Shown: positions 7,756-18,228 of the stretch, piece by piece
Numbering within the stretch: the stretch's first letter is position 1
How the letters are laid out: every line of letters starts with the position of its first letter
DNA from: a virus
Lineage: Duplodnaviria; Caudoviricetes
Virus record (IMG/VR): IMGVR_UViG_2930438282_000001
Coordinates: 1 to 64,000 of that record
Length of the DNA stretch: 64,000 nucleotides
Direction: 5' to 3' (one strand)
Position numbers and translations under genes: made by a program
Notes under the pieces: model-generated
Told to the model about the DNA's origin: nothing
What the model saw: the letters and a program-made list of their open reading frames with translations, nothing else
Database searches by the model: none

Positions 7756-8746
7756 CTAGAGGGGACGTGCGTTGTCCTGCGCCCACTCCTGCATCAGGGA
7801 GTCCGCCTGCTGTGCGCCAGCAGCGACCTGCTGGATCAGAGCAGCTGCTTGAGCCAGGCGAGGATCCGCCGGAGCAGGAGTGGGAGCCGGAGGAGGGGTG
7901 GGCTCCGGGGTGGGTGTGGGGGGGCGGCTGCGGTGGGATGACCGCGGGGAACTTCTTGCCGGTGAGGGCCTCGTAGTCCGCGGCGAGCGTCGGCAGGTCG
8001 ATGCCGTCCTGGAATGCCGGGTGGGTGAGGTGCTCGGGCCAGATGACGACCCAGGCCTCCTCGACCTTGCGGCTCCAGTACGTGTCCGTGAACGAGGTCT
8101 CGGTGCCCCAGGTGATGAAACGTTCATCTCCGCCGAGCGGGCCTCCGCCTGGTGCGCCGTAGCCGCCGGTGATGACGGAGTGGCCGCCGTCGTCCGGGCT
8201 GGACCGGTGGTAGTCCCAGGGTCGGCCGTTGTTGAAGTCGGCCATGTTGGCGTCCTGGACGACGACACCGGTCCACACGAACCCGAAGATGCTGATCGCG
8301 GCCTTGACCTCGTCCGGGCTGGACGGGTCGACCTTGGCGAATGCGATCGCCTTCACGCCGTCCGGGCCGCCGTGCTTGACGAGGTACTCGAGCAGGGTCT
8401 GGATGTCCATGCCGCCGTCGGCCGACGAGCCGGGGCCGTTGACGTTGGGGTCGCCGTCCGGGTCGAAGCGCGGGTTCTGGGTGCGGTAGACCTGCCACAC
8501 CTGGTCCTGGACCGGGTAGTTCTCGGCGCCGGCGATGTAGGAGACAAGCCGGCGGATGTTGGCCCAGGTGACCGCGACACAGTCACCGGCGACATCGTTG
8601 CCGAGCATCTGCCACGCGGCCAGGCGAGCCAGGTAGTCGGCCGCGACCGGATGAGCGGGGATCTTGCCCGTGAACAACCGGGCGAATCGGAGCGCCGGCG
8701 CGGCCTTCGGGGCGCGTCGGCCGTACTGGCGTGAGGGATTGGACAA
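7756..8746 (-). pseudogene. papain-like (C1-type) cysteine peptidase, frameshifted in a C7 run near 7918-7924
   Basis: MLGND..GDCV and GGHSV..GY motifs; TTG start with AGGAG RBS; PT linker and helical tail continue in another frame. Confidence 0.75.
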
Positions 8747-8820
8747 AGGGTGCTCCTGGCATGAGAAAAGCCCCGGACACGGGTGCCGGGGCGGAGAGGT
8801 GGTGCCGGGATGCGGGCGTA

Positions 8821-9195
8821 CTACTGCCAGTGGTCTGGCAGGGCTACGGAACGCTCGACGTAAGGCGACGGTTCGGGTGGCGGCTCGGGGGTGCAGTCGC
8901 AGGCCGGGAGGTTCTCGTTGTTTGGGGCCGTGCACGTTGAGGCGTGGACCAGGGAAGCGAGGTCCATCGTGATCGCGTGACTGCCACAGGCGTACACCGC
9001 GACCTCGGTGTCCTCGGCGGTCGGCAGAGACCCAAAGTCGGGCGGCGGCAAGGCGGGGTCGACCAGGGCGAGGATCTGCTCGCGGCGGGACTCCTCGACC
9101 GCCACCGCCGCAGCCAGCTCCTTATCGTTTGGGCGCCGCCGCCATTGCACGACTGGCGTCGCGGGACAACCCGAGCCAGCGCAAGGAAGGGACAA
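8821..9195 (-). CDS. phage hypothetical Cys-rich protein
   Basis: ORF between tail and lysis genes with GAGGAG RBS. Confidence 0.7.
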   Translation of the reverse strand: MSLPCAGSGCPATPVVQWRRRPNDKELAAAVAVEESRREQILALVDPALPPPDFGSLPTAEDTEVAVYACGSHAITMDLASLVHASTCTAPNNENLPACDCTPEPPPEPSPYVERSVALPDHWQ

Positions 9196-9206
9196 GGGGA
9201 ACTCCT

Positions 9207-9749
9207 CTAGCTACGGATCCAGAAACACCGGAGGGACGGGGTGAACTCTGTGGCCGGGTTCGTGTTGCTGTTCAGGGCGCCACCGGACGTTTGGTAGCCC
9301 TGTACCTCAACAAAGTCGGTCGTGCCGTTCATCGGTACGAGCGAGCCAACGAACTCGCCGATGGCCCCGGACGCGGCGTGTGTATCGGAGCCCATGCCGG
9401 CTCCAATGACCGGCGAGCCGTTGAGCGCGATCCGTGCGCGGCGCAGGCCGGTCGTGTTGCTGACGTAGCCCGAGGTGCCGAATACGAGGTAGACGCCGGG
9501 AACGGTCGCCGTATACCTAGATGTGTTCGTGGTGGTGGAATGACCGCCGTCGCTGTCGAGGATTTCCGTATCGATAGTGAACGAAGTCCATGCGTTGTTC
9601 GGGATGGACTGGACCGTCGACTGATAGCCGATGAAAATGGGCTGGCTGGTGGACCAGTCGCCGAGCGCCTTTGGGCCTGCATTCCACAGCGCGCCCGTCA
9701 GGAAGTTGCCGGGGACTTCGCTGGCGACGGTGGGCACTGAACGCGCCAC
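9207..9749 (-). CDS. minor tail protein (C1q/TNF-like beta domain)
   Basis: QSIPNNAWT..FT.DTE, SRYTATVPGVY, DFVEV motifs. Confidence 0.75.
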   Translation of the reverse strand: MARSVPTVASEVPGNFLTGALWNAGPKALGDWSTSQPIFIGYQSTVQSIPNNAWTSFTIDTEILDSDGGHSTTTNTSRYTATVPGVYLVFGTSGYVSNTTGLRRARIALNGSPVIGAGMGSDTHAASGAIGEFVGSLVPMNGTTDFVEVQGYQTSGGALNSNTNPATEFTPSLRCFWIRS

Positions 9750-9758
9750 AGGGGCCTC

Positions 9759-12700
9759 CTAGTACGCAAACGCGATCGAGTCGAACTGGGCGACTGCATC
9801 CCAGGTCGTCGGGTCTGTGACGCCGGATGGGAGTGGCTCGCACACGACGTCACCGGCTGTGTGGCTCTTCGTTGTGGCCGCAGTCAGCGTGATGGTCGCC
9901 GTGGTCCAGCCGGGGCTCGTCGCTGCGACAGCTGAGACGGTGACCGTCTCCTGGTTGGCGGTGCCCTGGCCGAGTACAAGCTGCTGCCCCGCCGCCAGCT
10001 GCGCAGCGAGGACGTTCGTATTGTCCTGGCCGGCGTTGATGGTGATCGAGGTGACCCCGGCTGCCCGGTTGGCGTTCAACGTGGTGTGGAAGCTGGCGAA
10101 CACCCCGTACGAGGTGGTGTCCGCAGGTGAGCACTGCAGCGTGAGCCAGGCTTCGCCGTCGTCCCCGAAGTCCCACTGCATCTGTTCCAGGAAGCATTCG
10201 ACCTGAGTGGCCGGCACCCCAGGTGGCCGGCGCATGACCCTCACCCGCATGCCCAATTCGAGGCTCAAGCAGACCGCCCATAGGGCCGGGTTGGCGCTGG
10301 GGTGGAGCTTGATGTTGGAGACGCGCGTCGACGGCTGCTTGTACCTGCTGAGCAGATAGTTCGCAGCGTCTTGGCATTCGTTCGGGTCAGATGCGTTGAT
10401 GTTGCGAGACATCGATCGAGGGAAGTACGCCGTGGACGATGCACTGTCCGCCGCGTAGAAATTCTGGCTTGTTCCATCTTGTGTAACGGTGACCTGGTTG
10501 GACAGATGAGTGCTGTCGAAATCCAGGGCGGCATCCTCGTACGGCCACTCGCCCAGGTCGGCGCGTTCCCCGAAGACGTACATGGGGGTCAGGGCGTTGT
10601 ACCGGTCCGAACGGGCTTTGAACTGCACGCCGCCTTGGCGGTCGATGTAGTGCGCGCCATTCTCCGTGTCCACGACGGCTTGCAGCGCGCTCATGGCGTC
10701 CTGCCCATCGAAGTTGGCGGGTCCCATGCTCGTGGTCAAGCCGGACTGGAGCGTGGCTGGTCCCGTGTACCCCGCATACCTCAAGATTCTGGAGTAGCGG
10801 GCATCGGTGGACTCCCCGGCACACGCTGCTTTCCACGCCGCGTACATGCCGGTGATCTGCTGGGATGTGGTGAACAGGCCAGGGAATTCGCAAGCGAATG
10901 CGATGTCGCCCTGGAAGTTCTGGGATGTGCCATTTCCGACGGTCGCGTCTACGAATGCACCGAGGTTGTCGCTGATGAGCCCTGTCGGTGTAAGGCCAGC
11001 GGGCTGGCTCCCGTAGAAGGATGCAGTGGTGCCGTCCTGCGAGAACATCACCTGCGCGGTGGCCGTGCTGTACCCGAAGATGAGCAGGTGCCAGTCGCCG
11101 TCGGCGCAGTTGGTGGCGCCTCCGGGGAAGAAGCCTGCGGCGGTCCCACCTGGTCCGGCAAGGGTGAGCCGTGGCTTTCCGGAGCTGTCCAAGAAGAGGT
11201 AGATCCGGCTTCCGGAGGGAACGCCGCCTCCTCGCTGGTTGTCCATACAGGACCACATGTTGGCACCCGCTGCCGGCAGGGGCCCCGTGTAACGGAAGGC
11301 GATCATGCGGGTCCACGACGTGGGGTCAGCTGGGCCCACGATTCCCGCAGTCGACAGCTTGATAAAGGTCGCTGCCGCGGTGACTGACTGGCCTGGAAAC
11401 GGGTTGTTGATCGTGGCCACGGTGCCCGAGGAACCGGTGTACGTGCCCGTCGGATGGGTGGCCGTGATAGCAGTGCCGAAGACGAGCGATCCCGCCCCGT
11501 ACTTCGAGATCGCCAACTGCGCTGCCGGGTTCTGTCCTGTCCAGTCGGCGACCGAAGTGGAACCGGCGGGGTCGTCGAGCCGATAGACGAATCGCGGGGT
11601 GTGCGAGTTGATCTCCTGCGTGAGGGAGTCCTCCAGCTGCCTCTGGGAGAGCAGCGAGAACGCATCCACCGCGGTGGGCTGAACAACTCCATAGGTGCCG
11701 TTCATGTCCCATGAGCTTGGCCACCGTTCCATGAAACCTGCGTAGATCGGGTACCAGACGCCGGGGCACGCCCAGGCCGTCGCGGCGGAGCCCTTCTCCA
11801 GCTGCCAGCCGTCGACTTGCACAGAGCACGTAGACGCCGCAGTCGCGGCGAGCGCCACCCCGACATCCATGCCAGCTGCATCAGCGGGCGCAGTGGCGGT
11901 GAAGGTGAGCGTCGTCCAGGCGGCTGTCGCCGAGCCGGTCAGTGTTGCGGACGAGCCGTACACGAAGGTTGCCGGGTTGAGGCCGCCGCTGGCCGAGTTC
12001 CAGCCGAGGAGCGGCTTCACTTGCACGCTGGTCGATGCGGTGACGTTCCTAACTCGGATGGTGACCGTGTACGTCTGGCCCGGGATCACGGACCAGCGTG
12101 GGGTGTGCACGATGCGGGTGTTCGACGCGGTGCCTGACGGGACGGCGAACTGCATGACGGTCGAGCCCTGCCAGGCCGAGGTCGAGGACACGAACGCGGC
12201 GGAAGGATCGGTTTCCGTGAAGATGTCTGGCCCCGCGGCGCCCCCGGGGATCCCGCCCAGGCTGTAGCCGCCCAGATCGCCAGCCGTGGCCATGACCTGG
12301 TCCAGCAGATTCCGGGTCGGGGGCCACTGGGCGCGCCGGCGGTACGGCTGGTACGGATTGATGTGACCGGCGTACGGTCCGGAAGCGTTGGTGGGGTCGA
12401 GAGCTGCGTCCTTGTTGGCGAGCTTCAGGGACGCCTCGCCGGAGCGGACCTGGTCCAGCTCGTACTGGCGTCCCCGTGAGATCGATACCGTGCCGCGGGT
12501 GCGGTCCGTGACCTCGACGTACCGGTCCAGCGGGAAAGTGCCGCCGTTCGCCCACCAGACCGGCGCCCACGCGTCTTCGATCTTCGGCCAGTTTGAGTTG
12601 TCCGGGCCGCCCAAGCGGGTGTTGACGTTGGCGATGGTGGCGACCAGCCCGGACGGCTCTGTGTCGCCCGAGATGGTCTGGAAGTAGACCTGCATCGCGG

Positions 12701-13181
12701 TGGCGTTCCACGCGTGCGGTGCGGAAGCGAGAGGCGTCCAGGCCACGCCGTCAGGGCTCGTGGAGACGGTGAACGAGCCTGCCGACTCGAAGAGCTGCCA
12801 CCACCGGTGCTGGTGCGGGTCGTAGGCCGGCAGCGAGGTCGTCGCAGCCACGCCGGCCGTGACCACCTTGAACTGGAAGGCGCCGGTCGAGGACACCTGC
12901 GCGAGGACGTAGTTGTTGGATCCCGCGTCCAGCTTCATGGCGGTGGTGATGCCGCCGTTACCGGTCGGGGCCGGGGTGACCTGGGCGTACAGGTAGGACC
13001 CGGTGGCGTCGTACGGTCCGCCCGAGCCGAGGTTGAAGCTGCCGGGGCTGGTCGGGACGTTCAGCGACACCACGTCGTTGACCGTGTCCAGCGTCAACTG
13101 GGCCATGTTGGAGGCGTTCCACCGCGAGGCGTCCACGCTGCCACCGGCAAAAGCGTCGATCAACGCGGACAGCTGCGCCAC
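9759..13181 (-). CDS. large minor tail protein (LamG/carbohydrate-binding-like domains)
   Basis: ISRGRQYELD tail signature, YRLDD and DGDWHL LamG motifs; follows the tape measure. Confidence 0.85.
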   Translation of the reverse strand: MAQLSALIDAFAGGSVDASRWNASNMAQLTLDTVNDVVSLNVPTSPGSFNLGSGGPYDATGSYLYAQVTPAPTGNGGITTAMKLDAGSNNYVLAQVSSTGAFQFKVVTAGVAATTSLPAYDPHQHRWWQLFESAGSFTVSTSPDGVAWTPLASAPHAWNATAMQVYFQTISGDTEPSGLVATIANVNTRLGGPDNSNWPKIEDAWAPVWWANGGTFPLDRYVEVTDRTRGTVSISRGRQYELDQVRSGEASLKLANKDAALDPTNASGPYAGHINPYQPYRRRAQWPPTRNLLDQVMATAGDLGGYSLGGIPGGAAGPDIFTETDPSAAFVSSTSAWQGSTVMQFAVPSGTASNTRIVHTPRWSVIPGQTYTVTIRVRNVTASTSVQVKPLLGWNSASGGLNPATFVYGSSATLTGSATAAWTTLTFTATAPADAAGMDVGVALAATAASTCSVQVDGWQLEKGSAATAWACPGVWYPIYAGFMERWPSSWDMNGTYGVVQPTAVDAFSLLSQRQLEDSLTQEINSHTPRFVYRLDDPAGSTSVADWTGQNPAAQLAISKYGAGSLVFGTAITATHPTGTYTGSSGTVATINNPFPGQSVTAAATFIKLSTAGIVGPADPTSWTRMIAFRYTGPLPAAGANMWSCMDNQRGGGVPSGSRIYLFLDSSGKPRLTLAGPGGTAAGFFPGGATNCADGDWHLLIFGYSTATAQVMFSQDGTTASFYGSQPAGLTPTGLISDNLGAFVDATVGNGTSQNFQGDIAFACEFPGLFTTSQQITGMYAAWKAACAGESTDARYSRILRYAGYTGPATLQSGLTTSMGPANFDGQDAMSALQAVVDTENGAHYIDRQGGVQFKARSDRYNALTPMYVFGERADLGEWPYEDAALDFDSTHLSNQVTVTQDGTSQNFYAADSASSTAYFPRSMSRNINASDPNECQDAANYLLSRYKQPSTRVSNIKLHPSANPALWAVCLSLELGMRVRVMRRPPGVPATQVECFLEQMQWDFGDDGEAWLTLQCSPADTTSYGVFASFHTTLNANRAAGVTSITINAGQDNTNVLAAQLAAGQQLVLGQGTANQETVTVSAVAATSPGWTTATITLTAATTKSHTAGDVVCEPLPSGVTDPTTWDAVAQFDSIAFAY

Positions 13182-13229
13182 CTGGCACCACCAATCTGGC
13201 GCCCGGCGGCGCCCTCGTATGGGCTCAAG

Positions 13230-16200
13230 TCAGCGCTTGTAGGCGGCGTACGTCGTCGAGTTGCGCATGCCGAGCCGGAGCATCTGCTGCTCGATGAAGT
13301 CCCGCAGGTCCCGCTCAGTCATGACGTGGCCCTGCACCGTCAGATGCACGTGGTTGTGCACGACCGCACCGCCACCGCTGGAGCCCGCCAGTGCCAGGCC
13401 GGCTCCGGCCACGGAGCCCGCGCCGGTCATCGCGCCGGCGAGCCGGTGCACTGCGTCCGTCGCGTGGCGTGTGCCGCTGTCGACGCCCTTGGCGAGGCCC
13501 TTGGGGATCCAGGTGGCGATCTCCTCGAATACGCGCGACGGGCTGTGGATACCCAGCGCTTTCTTGATCGCTTTTTGCATGGATTTCGCGATGTTGAGCA
13601 TCTGCTTCTCGATCGCTTTTTCCTGGTTCTGCAGACCTTTGACCAGGCCCTGAGCAGCCTTGATGCCCGCGCCGTACATGGAGTCCGCGACTGCCTTGCC
13701 CGCGTTGTCGGCCGCCGCCTGCGTGGTCTTCTGTAGCGCGTTGATCTGCTTGATCTGCGCCGAAGACGCGCCCGCGAGAGCCTGAGCGGTCGCACCGCCC
13801 TGGTCCACGCCGGCCGCCGCGATCTGCGCGACCAGATCCGCGGAAAGGCCCTTCTTCTGCAGGGCGCGGAGCTGGGCGGCGAAGTTCACGGCCTTGATCA
13901 TCTGGTCCTGCATCTTGTTGACCACGTCCTGCGCGGTCAGAGCGAACCCGGCCTGCGGTGCTTCCGTGATGACGGAGAAGCCCTGCATGACGCCCTGGGA
14001 GACGGACTTGACCTCGTCGTTCCACTGCTTCTGGAGGTCGGTGAGCTTCTTCTGCGCGTCCTTGAGCTTCGCCGCGACAGAGTCACGCTTCGCCGCGAGG
14101 CTCCGGAGGACCTTGTCCTCCTTCTTGGCGTAGGCCTCCAACTTCTTGATCGCGGCCTCGTGGGAGTTGACCCACTTGTTGCTGACGCCCTTGGTGCCGC
14201 GCAGGTCAGCGACCTTGTTGTAGGTCTGCATGAGCAGCGACTCGATCCGCTTCGCCGCCGCTTTCACGTTGGCCGTGGACCCGGTGAGGCCGTCGACCAG
14301 GCCGGTGTTGATGTAGATGCCCAGGGTCCGGAAGACCTTCGACGGCGACGCGATGCCCAGCGTTTTGGCCGTCTCGGTGACCATCCCGTTGGCGACACCG
14401 CGCACTGCCGAATACGCCGCGCTGGCCTGGGCGGTGACGCCTTGCGCGATGCCTGTCGAGATGTGGACGCCGACCTCGTTGGCGAACTTCTTCGACGGTG
14501 AGCTGATCCCCAGGAAGCTCTTGGCCGAGCTCAGTGCCTTGTTCGCAAGGCCCTTCAGCGCGCTGAACAGTGCGCCGCCGCTGTTCTCGACGCCGTGGAC
14601 GATGCCCATGACGATGTTCTTGCCGATGGTCAGGAACTTGCCGCCCCAGGACTTGGCGGCGTTCCATGCAGCGTTGAGCTGGGACTTGATGGTCGAGGTG
14701 ACCTTGCCCATGTAGCTGCTGATCGATTTCCAGACCGACAGCACTGGGTTGATAATCGCCGACTTGATCGAGGCCCACAGGCTGGACGCGACGTCGCGGA
14801 TGCCGCCCCACGCGGACCGAAGCCAGCCCTTGACGGTGTTCCAGAGGGATTTCAGTCCGCTCCACACGGACTTCATGGGGTTGATGACCGCTGTCTGCAC
14901 CCCGAGCCACGCGAGCCCAGCGATCACCTTGATGCCGGCCCAGATGGCGCTGAAGAACGCCGTGATGGCATTCCACACTGTCTTCGCAGCGTCGAAAATC
15001 GCCTGGTGGCAGTGATTCCAGACGCTGATCAATACCGCGATCGGTGTAGCAAAGATCACCAGGAGGAGCGGCCACCACTTCCGGAAGAAGCCGGTGATGC
15101 CGTTCCAGACGGTGGTGGTGACGCTGGTGATGTTGTTCCAGATGCCGACGATCTGGTGCCACAGCCAGGTGACGCCGCTGACGATGCCGTTCCATGCCGC
15201 CTGCATGCCGTGCCAGAGCGACATCGCGGCCGACTTGACCCCGTCGAACGCCGCTTGGACGATCGCCCGGAAGCGGGCCGAGTGGTTGTAGGCGTAGATG
15301 ATCGCGGCCACGAGAGCCACGACCGCGATGATGACGAGAACGATCGGGTTGGCGTCCATGACCGCGTTGAAGACGGCCTGTACGCCTGCCCAGATTTTCG
15401 TGGCGATCGCGGCGAGCCGCTCGGAGAGCATGAACGCTTTGACCGCTTTCGCGGCTGCCATCAGGCCCTTTGAGAGGTCCGCGACGCCCTTCACTGCGCC
15501 GACCACAGCTCCGGTCGCGAACGAGATCACGGCTGCGGTGAGCACGGTGCCGATGACGACCGCAAGAGCGATCGCGGCCGCCTTGTGTTTCTCGAAGAAA
15601 GTGACGACCTTGAGGATGACCGGGATGAGCTTGGCGCCCACCGTGATCGCCGCAGTGGTCACCGCCTCCTTGAGGCGGAGCATCTGGACGTTGAACGACT
15701 GCTGCGTGATCTTCCAGCCCTCGACGTCCTTCGACGCGTGGTTGAAGCTGGCAGAGACCTTCCCGACGCGGTCCTTGAAGCCCTCCGTGTTCTCCCCGGT
15801 CAGCTGGAGCGTGGTGTTCAGGCCGATCGCGCCACCGGTGAGCTTCTTGATTGCGTCGGTGTACGTCTGAGCAGCCGGGCCGCCCTTCTTCAGCTCGGCC
15901 GCGAACCCGTTGGTCTTGTTCTGCAACGTCGCGTACTGCGACAACAGGTTGGCCTGCTCCGGCGGCAGCCCCTTCAGCGCCTTGCGCCAGTCCCCGAGGC
16001 TGATGCTGCCCTTGGAGTAGGACTGGGCCAGCTTCTGCAGGTTGGGCGGCATGCTCTTGACCATCTGGTCGGCATCCGCGGCAGCCTGCTTCGTCTTGTT
16101 GAAGGTACTGAGGAGGAGGGTCCCGGACTTGCCCATGTGCTCGAGCACGGTCCGGGACAGCAGATCGAGGGTGCCTGTGAGCCCGCGCTTGCCGAGCTTG

Positions 16201-16979
16201 GTGGACACGTCGGTCGAGGAGAGGCCAAGGCGCTGCATCTCCTGGATCGCGACGTTGTTGGGCGCCGCGAGCTGGCGGATGGTGGAGGCGAGTTCTTGGG
16301 TCGCCTCGCGCGCCGACGTGCCGTGCTGGGAGAGAGTGGCGATCGCGCCGCCGACCTCACCGAAACTGATCTTGTTGGCGGAGGCGATCGGGATGACCGT
16401 GGCCAGCGACGCAGAGAATTCCTGCATCGTCATCTTGCCCTCACCAGCGGCGGTTTTGAGGGCATTCATCACGCGGACGCTGTCGGACGCCTTCAAGTGG
16501 TACGAGGCCATGACGCTGGTCATGGCGTTCGTGACGTCCTTGAGGTCCGCGCCCTCCTCGCGCGCGCCCTGTGCCGCCGCCCGCAGCACCTGCAGGCCGT
16601 CCCCGGCCCGGTAGCCGGCCTTCTCGACCTGGTACATGCCCTCGGAGAGCTGGTCGGTCGAGGTGCCGGTCTCCCGGGCCAGCGACATGACCCCGTCGGA
16701 TACCTTCTTGAGGTTCTTCTCCGACTCGCCACATGCGGTGACCAGCAGGTTCATCTTCTGCTGGAAGTCACCCGCGGCCTTCACGCCGTACGCGACGAAG
16801 CCGACACCGACCAGCGTGGTCGCCGCGCCGAGCTTCTTGAGCATGGCCGAGGCCCCACCCATGCGCGTGGTGAAGGACTCGCCCTCCTCCGACGCGGCCC
16901 GCATACCCCGCGTGAACGGGGCCGTCTCCGCGCGCAGGACGGCATACAGATCGGCGACCTCGGCTCCCACGCACGCCAC
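13230..16979 (-). CDS. tail tape measure protein
   Basis: 1249-aa helical protein with W-periodic repeats and LGIxSPS motifs. Confidence 0.97.
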   Translation of the reverse strand: MACVGAEVADLYAVLRAETAPFTRGMRAASEEGESFTTRMGGASAMLKKLGAATTLVGVGFVAYGVKAAGDFQQKMNLLVTACGESEKNLKKVSDGVMSLARETGTSTDQLSEGMYQVEKAGYRAGDGLQVLRAAAQGAREEGADLKDVTNAMTSVMASYHLKASDSVRVMNALKTAAGEGKMTMQEFSASLATVIPIASANKISFGEVGGAIATLSQHGTSAREATQELASTIRQLAAPNNVAIQEMQRLGLSSTDVSTKLGKRGLTGTLDLLSRTVLEHMGKSGTLLLSTFNKTKQAAADADQMVKSMPPNLQKLAQSYSKGSISLGDWRKALKGLPPEQANLLSQYATLQNKTNGFAAELKKGGPAAQTYTDAIKKLTGGAIGLNTTLQLTGENTEGFKDRVGKVSASFNHASKDVEGWKITQQSFNVQMLRLKEAVTTAAITVGAKLIPVILKVVTFFEKHKAAAIALAVVIGTVLTAAVISFATGAVVGAVKGVADLSKGLMAAAKAVKAFMLSERLAAIATKIWAGVQAVFNAVMDANPIVLVIIAVVALVAAIIYAYNHSARFRAIVQAAFDGVKSAAMSLWHGMQAAWNGIVSGVTWLWHQIVGIWNNITSVTTTVWNGITGFFRKWWPLLLVIFATPIAVLISVWNHCHQAIFDAAKTVWNAITAFFSAIWAGIKVIAGLAWLGVQTAVINPMKSVWSGLKSLWNTVKGWLRSAWGGIRDVASSLWASIKSAIINPVLSVWKSISSYMGKVTSTIKSQLNAAWNAAKSWGGKFLTIGKNIVMGIVHGVENSGGALFSALKGLANKALSSAKSFLGISSPSKKFANEVGVHISTGIAQGVTAQASAAYSAVRGVANGMVTETAKTLGIASPSKVFRTLGIYINTGLVDGLTGSTANVKAAAKRIESLLMQTYNKVADLRGTKGVSNKWVNSHEAAIKKLEAYAKKEDKVLRSLAAKRDSVAAKLKDAQKKLTDLQKQWNDEVKSVSQGVMQGFSVITEAPQAGFALTAQDVVNKMQDQMIKAVNFAAQLRALQKKGLSADLVAQIAAAGVDQGGATAQALAGASSAQIKQINALQKTTQAAADNAGKAVADSMYGAGIKAAQGLVKGLQNQEKAIEKQMLNIAKSMQKAIKKALGIHSPSRVFEEIATWIPKGLAKGVDSGTRHATDAVHRLAGAMTGAGSVAGAGLALAGSSGGGAVVHNHVHLTVQGHVMTERDLRDFIEQQMLRLGMRNSTTYAAYKR

Positions 16980-17020
16980 CGCCTCTCGAACTCAGGGGTG
17001 GACAAGCGGAAGAGGGAAGG

Positions 17021-17476
17021 TCAGATGCGTGGCCAACCGGCGCGGAACACGGTCCGGTACAGCTGCGGGGCGACAACCCGCATCCCGAAATCGACCGCCG
17101 GCTTCAGGAATGGGTAGGTGGAGCCGTTCTTCAGGCCGGTCTCCAGGTAGAGGCCGTACTTGCTGGCCGGGGTCCGTCCGTACGGTGGGGTGAACCCGGC
17201 GGCGGTGCCGACCTTCGTCTCCCACCCGCGGCCGTTGAAGATGACCGGGCTGTGGGTGAGGGACCGGCGGAGTGTTCCGGAGATGACGGCCGGGCCGGTG
17301 CCTGGCCGAGCTGGGGTGGGCGTGCCCCGCTTGTGCGCGCCCACCGACGCGTTGATCTTCGCCTGGCGTTCGATCACCAATGCCAGCTGAGTGAGCACGC
17401 GGCGTGCTTTCAGCTGCCCCTCACGCTGCACCTCAGCGAAAATCCGAGTGAACACGCCCGGCCGGAGTTCCCCCAC
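17021..17476 (-). CDS. HK97 gp10-like tail completion protein
   Basis: PAVISGTLRRS, YLETG, YPFLKPA motifs. Confidence 0.8.
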   Translation of the reverse strand: MGELRPGVFTRIFAEVQREGQLKARRVLTQLALVIERQAKINASVGAHKRGTPTPARPGTGPAVISGTLRRSLTHSPVIFNGRGWETKVGTAAGFTPPYGRTPASKYGLYLETGLKNGSTYPFLKPAVDFGMRVVAPQLYRTVFRAGWPRI

Positions 17477-17479
17477 GGG

Positions 17480-17749
17480 TCACCCCCGTTCCCGCTCTGC
17501 ACGCCGGCGTTCCCGGTCCATCTCGCGTTCCTCTTGCTCGGCGATCATGCCGAGGAAGTCGAGGCAGTAACGGCGCACGTACACCGGGGTCTGCTGGAGC
17601 TGCTCCCACGACCAGTGCATCCGCCTCATCAGTGCGAAGTCGGTCCACTCCGCAGGCGCGGGGACACTTCCGCCCCACGTGCCCTCGATGATCGATTCGA
17701 CCGGGAGGAGGACGTCCTCGTAGTACGGAGAACCTGGGCCTACCGAGGG
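17480..17749 (-). CDS. tail assembly chaperone, -1 frameshift extension
   Basis: -1 frame open from G GAC CCT: SVGPGSPYYEDVLLPVESIIEGTW...MHWSWEQL...RERG*. Confidence 0.65.
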   Translation of the reverse strand, partial: PSVGPGSPYYEDVLLPVESIIEGTWGGSVPAPAEWTDFALMRRMHWSWEQLQQTPVYVRRYCLDFLGMIAEQEEREMDRERRRAERERG

Positions 17750-18144
17750 TCCGCGACCCGGCCGACCTCCTCGCCGATGCGGTTGAGGATCGCGAGGGGC
17801 AGACGGGCGATGTTCTCCACATTGATCTTGCCCAGTCGCTGCTGCTCACCCGCACCCAGCGACTCGAAGAGCGCGGCAGGGTCGGCTTCCGGGTCGATGT
17901 CCAGGGTCGCGTCCGGGGCGAACGCTTCATAGACCTTCCAGGCGACGATGAGCCGGGCCATGACCTTGTACATGGCCTCCTGCGCCGCCTTCGGGTCCAG
18001 GGGCTCGCCCTTTTCGTCGGTGGGCACGTCCTCCGGCTGGATCTCGGACGGCGGCAGCAGCTGCGGGTTCTTCATCAGCACGCTGACGTTGTCGCCAAGG
18101 TCAGGGAACTGGAGCAGGACGTAGGGGTTCGTGTAGCCGGACAT
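17740..18144 (-). CDS. tail assembly chaperone
   Basis: Acidic protein between tail tube and tape measure, AGGAG RBS. Confidence 0.85.
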   Translation of the reverse strand: MSGYTNPYVLLQFPDLGDNVSVLMKNPQLLPPSEIQPEDVPTDEKGEPLDPKAAQEAMYKVMARLIVAWKVYEAFAPDATLDIDPEADPAALFESLGAGEQQRLGKINVENIARLPLAILNRIGEEVGRVADPR

Positions 18145-18228
18145 GTTTCTCCTAGCAGAGGGCGTTGAGGGCGTGAGACCCCCGGCCGTGCCGCGACGCC
18201 CTCACGCGCGGCACGGCCGGGGAGTTGA

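Noticed and set aside
6860-8935. 691-aa ORF as one real protein
   Set aside because: Artefact of the C7 frameshift reading through the endolysin out of frame
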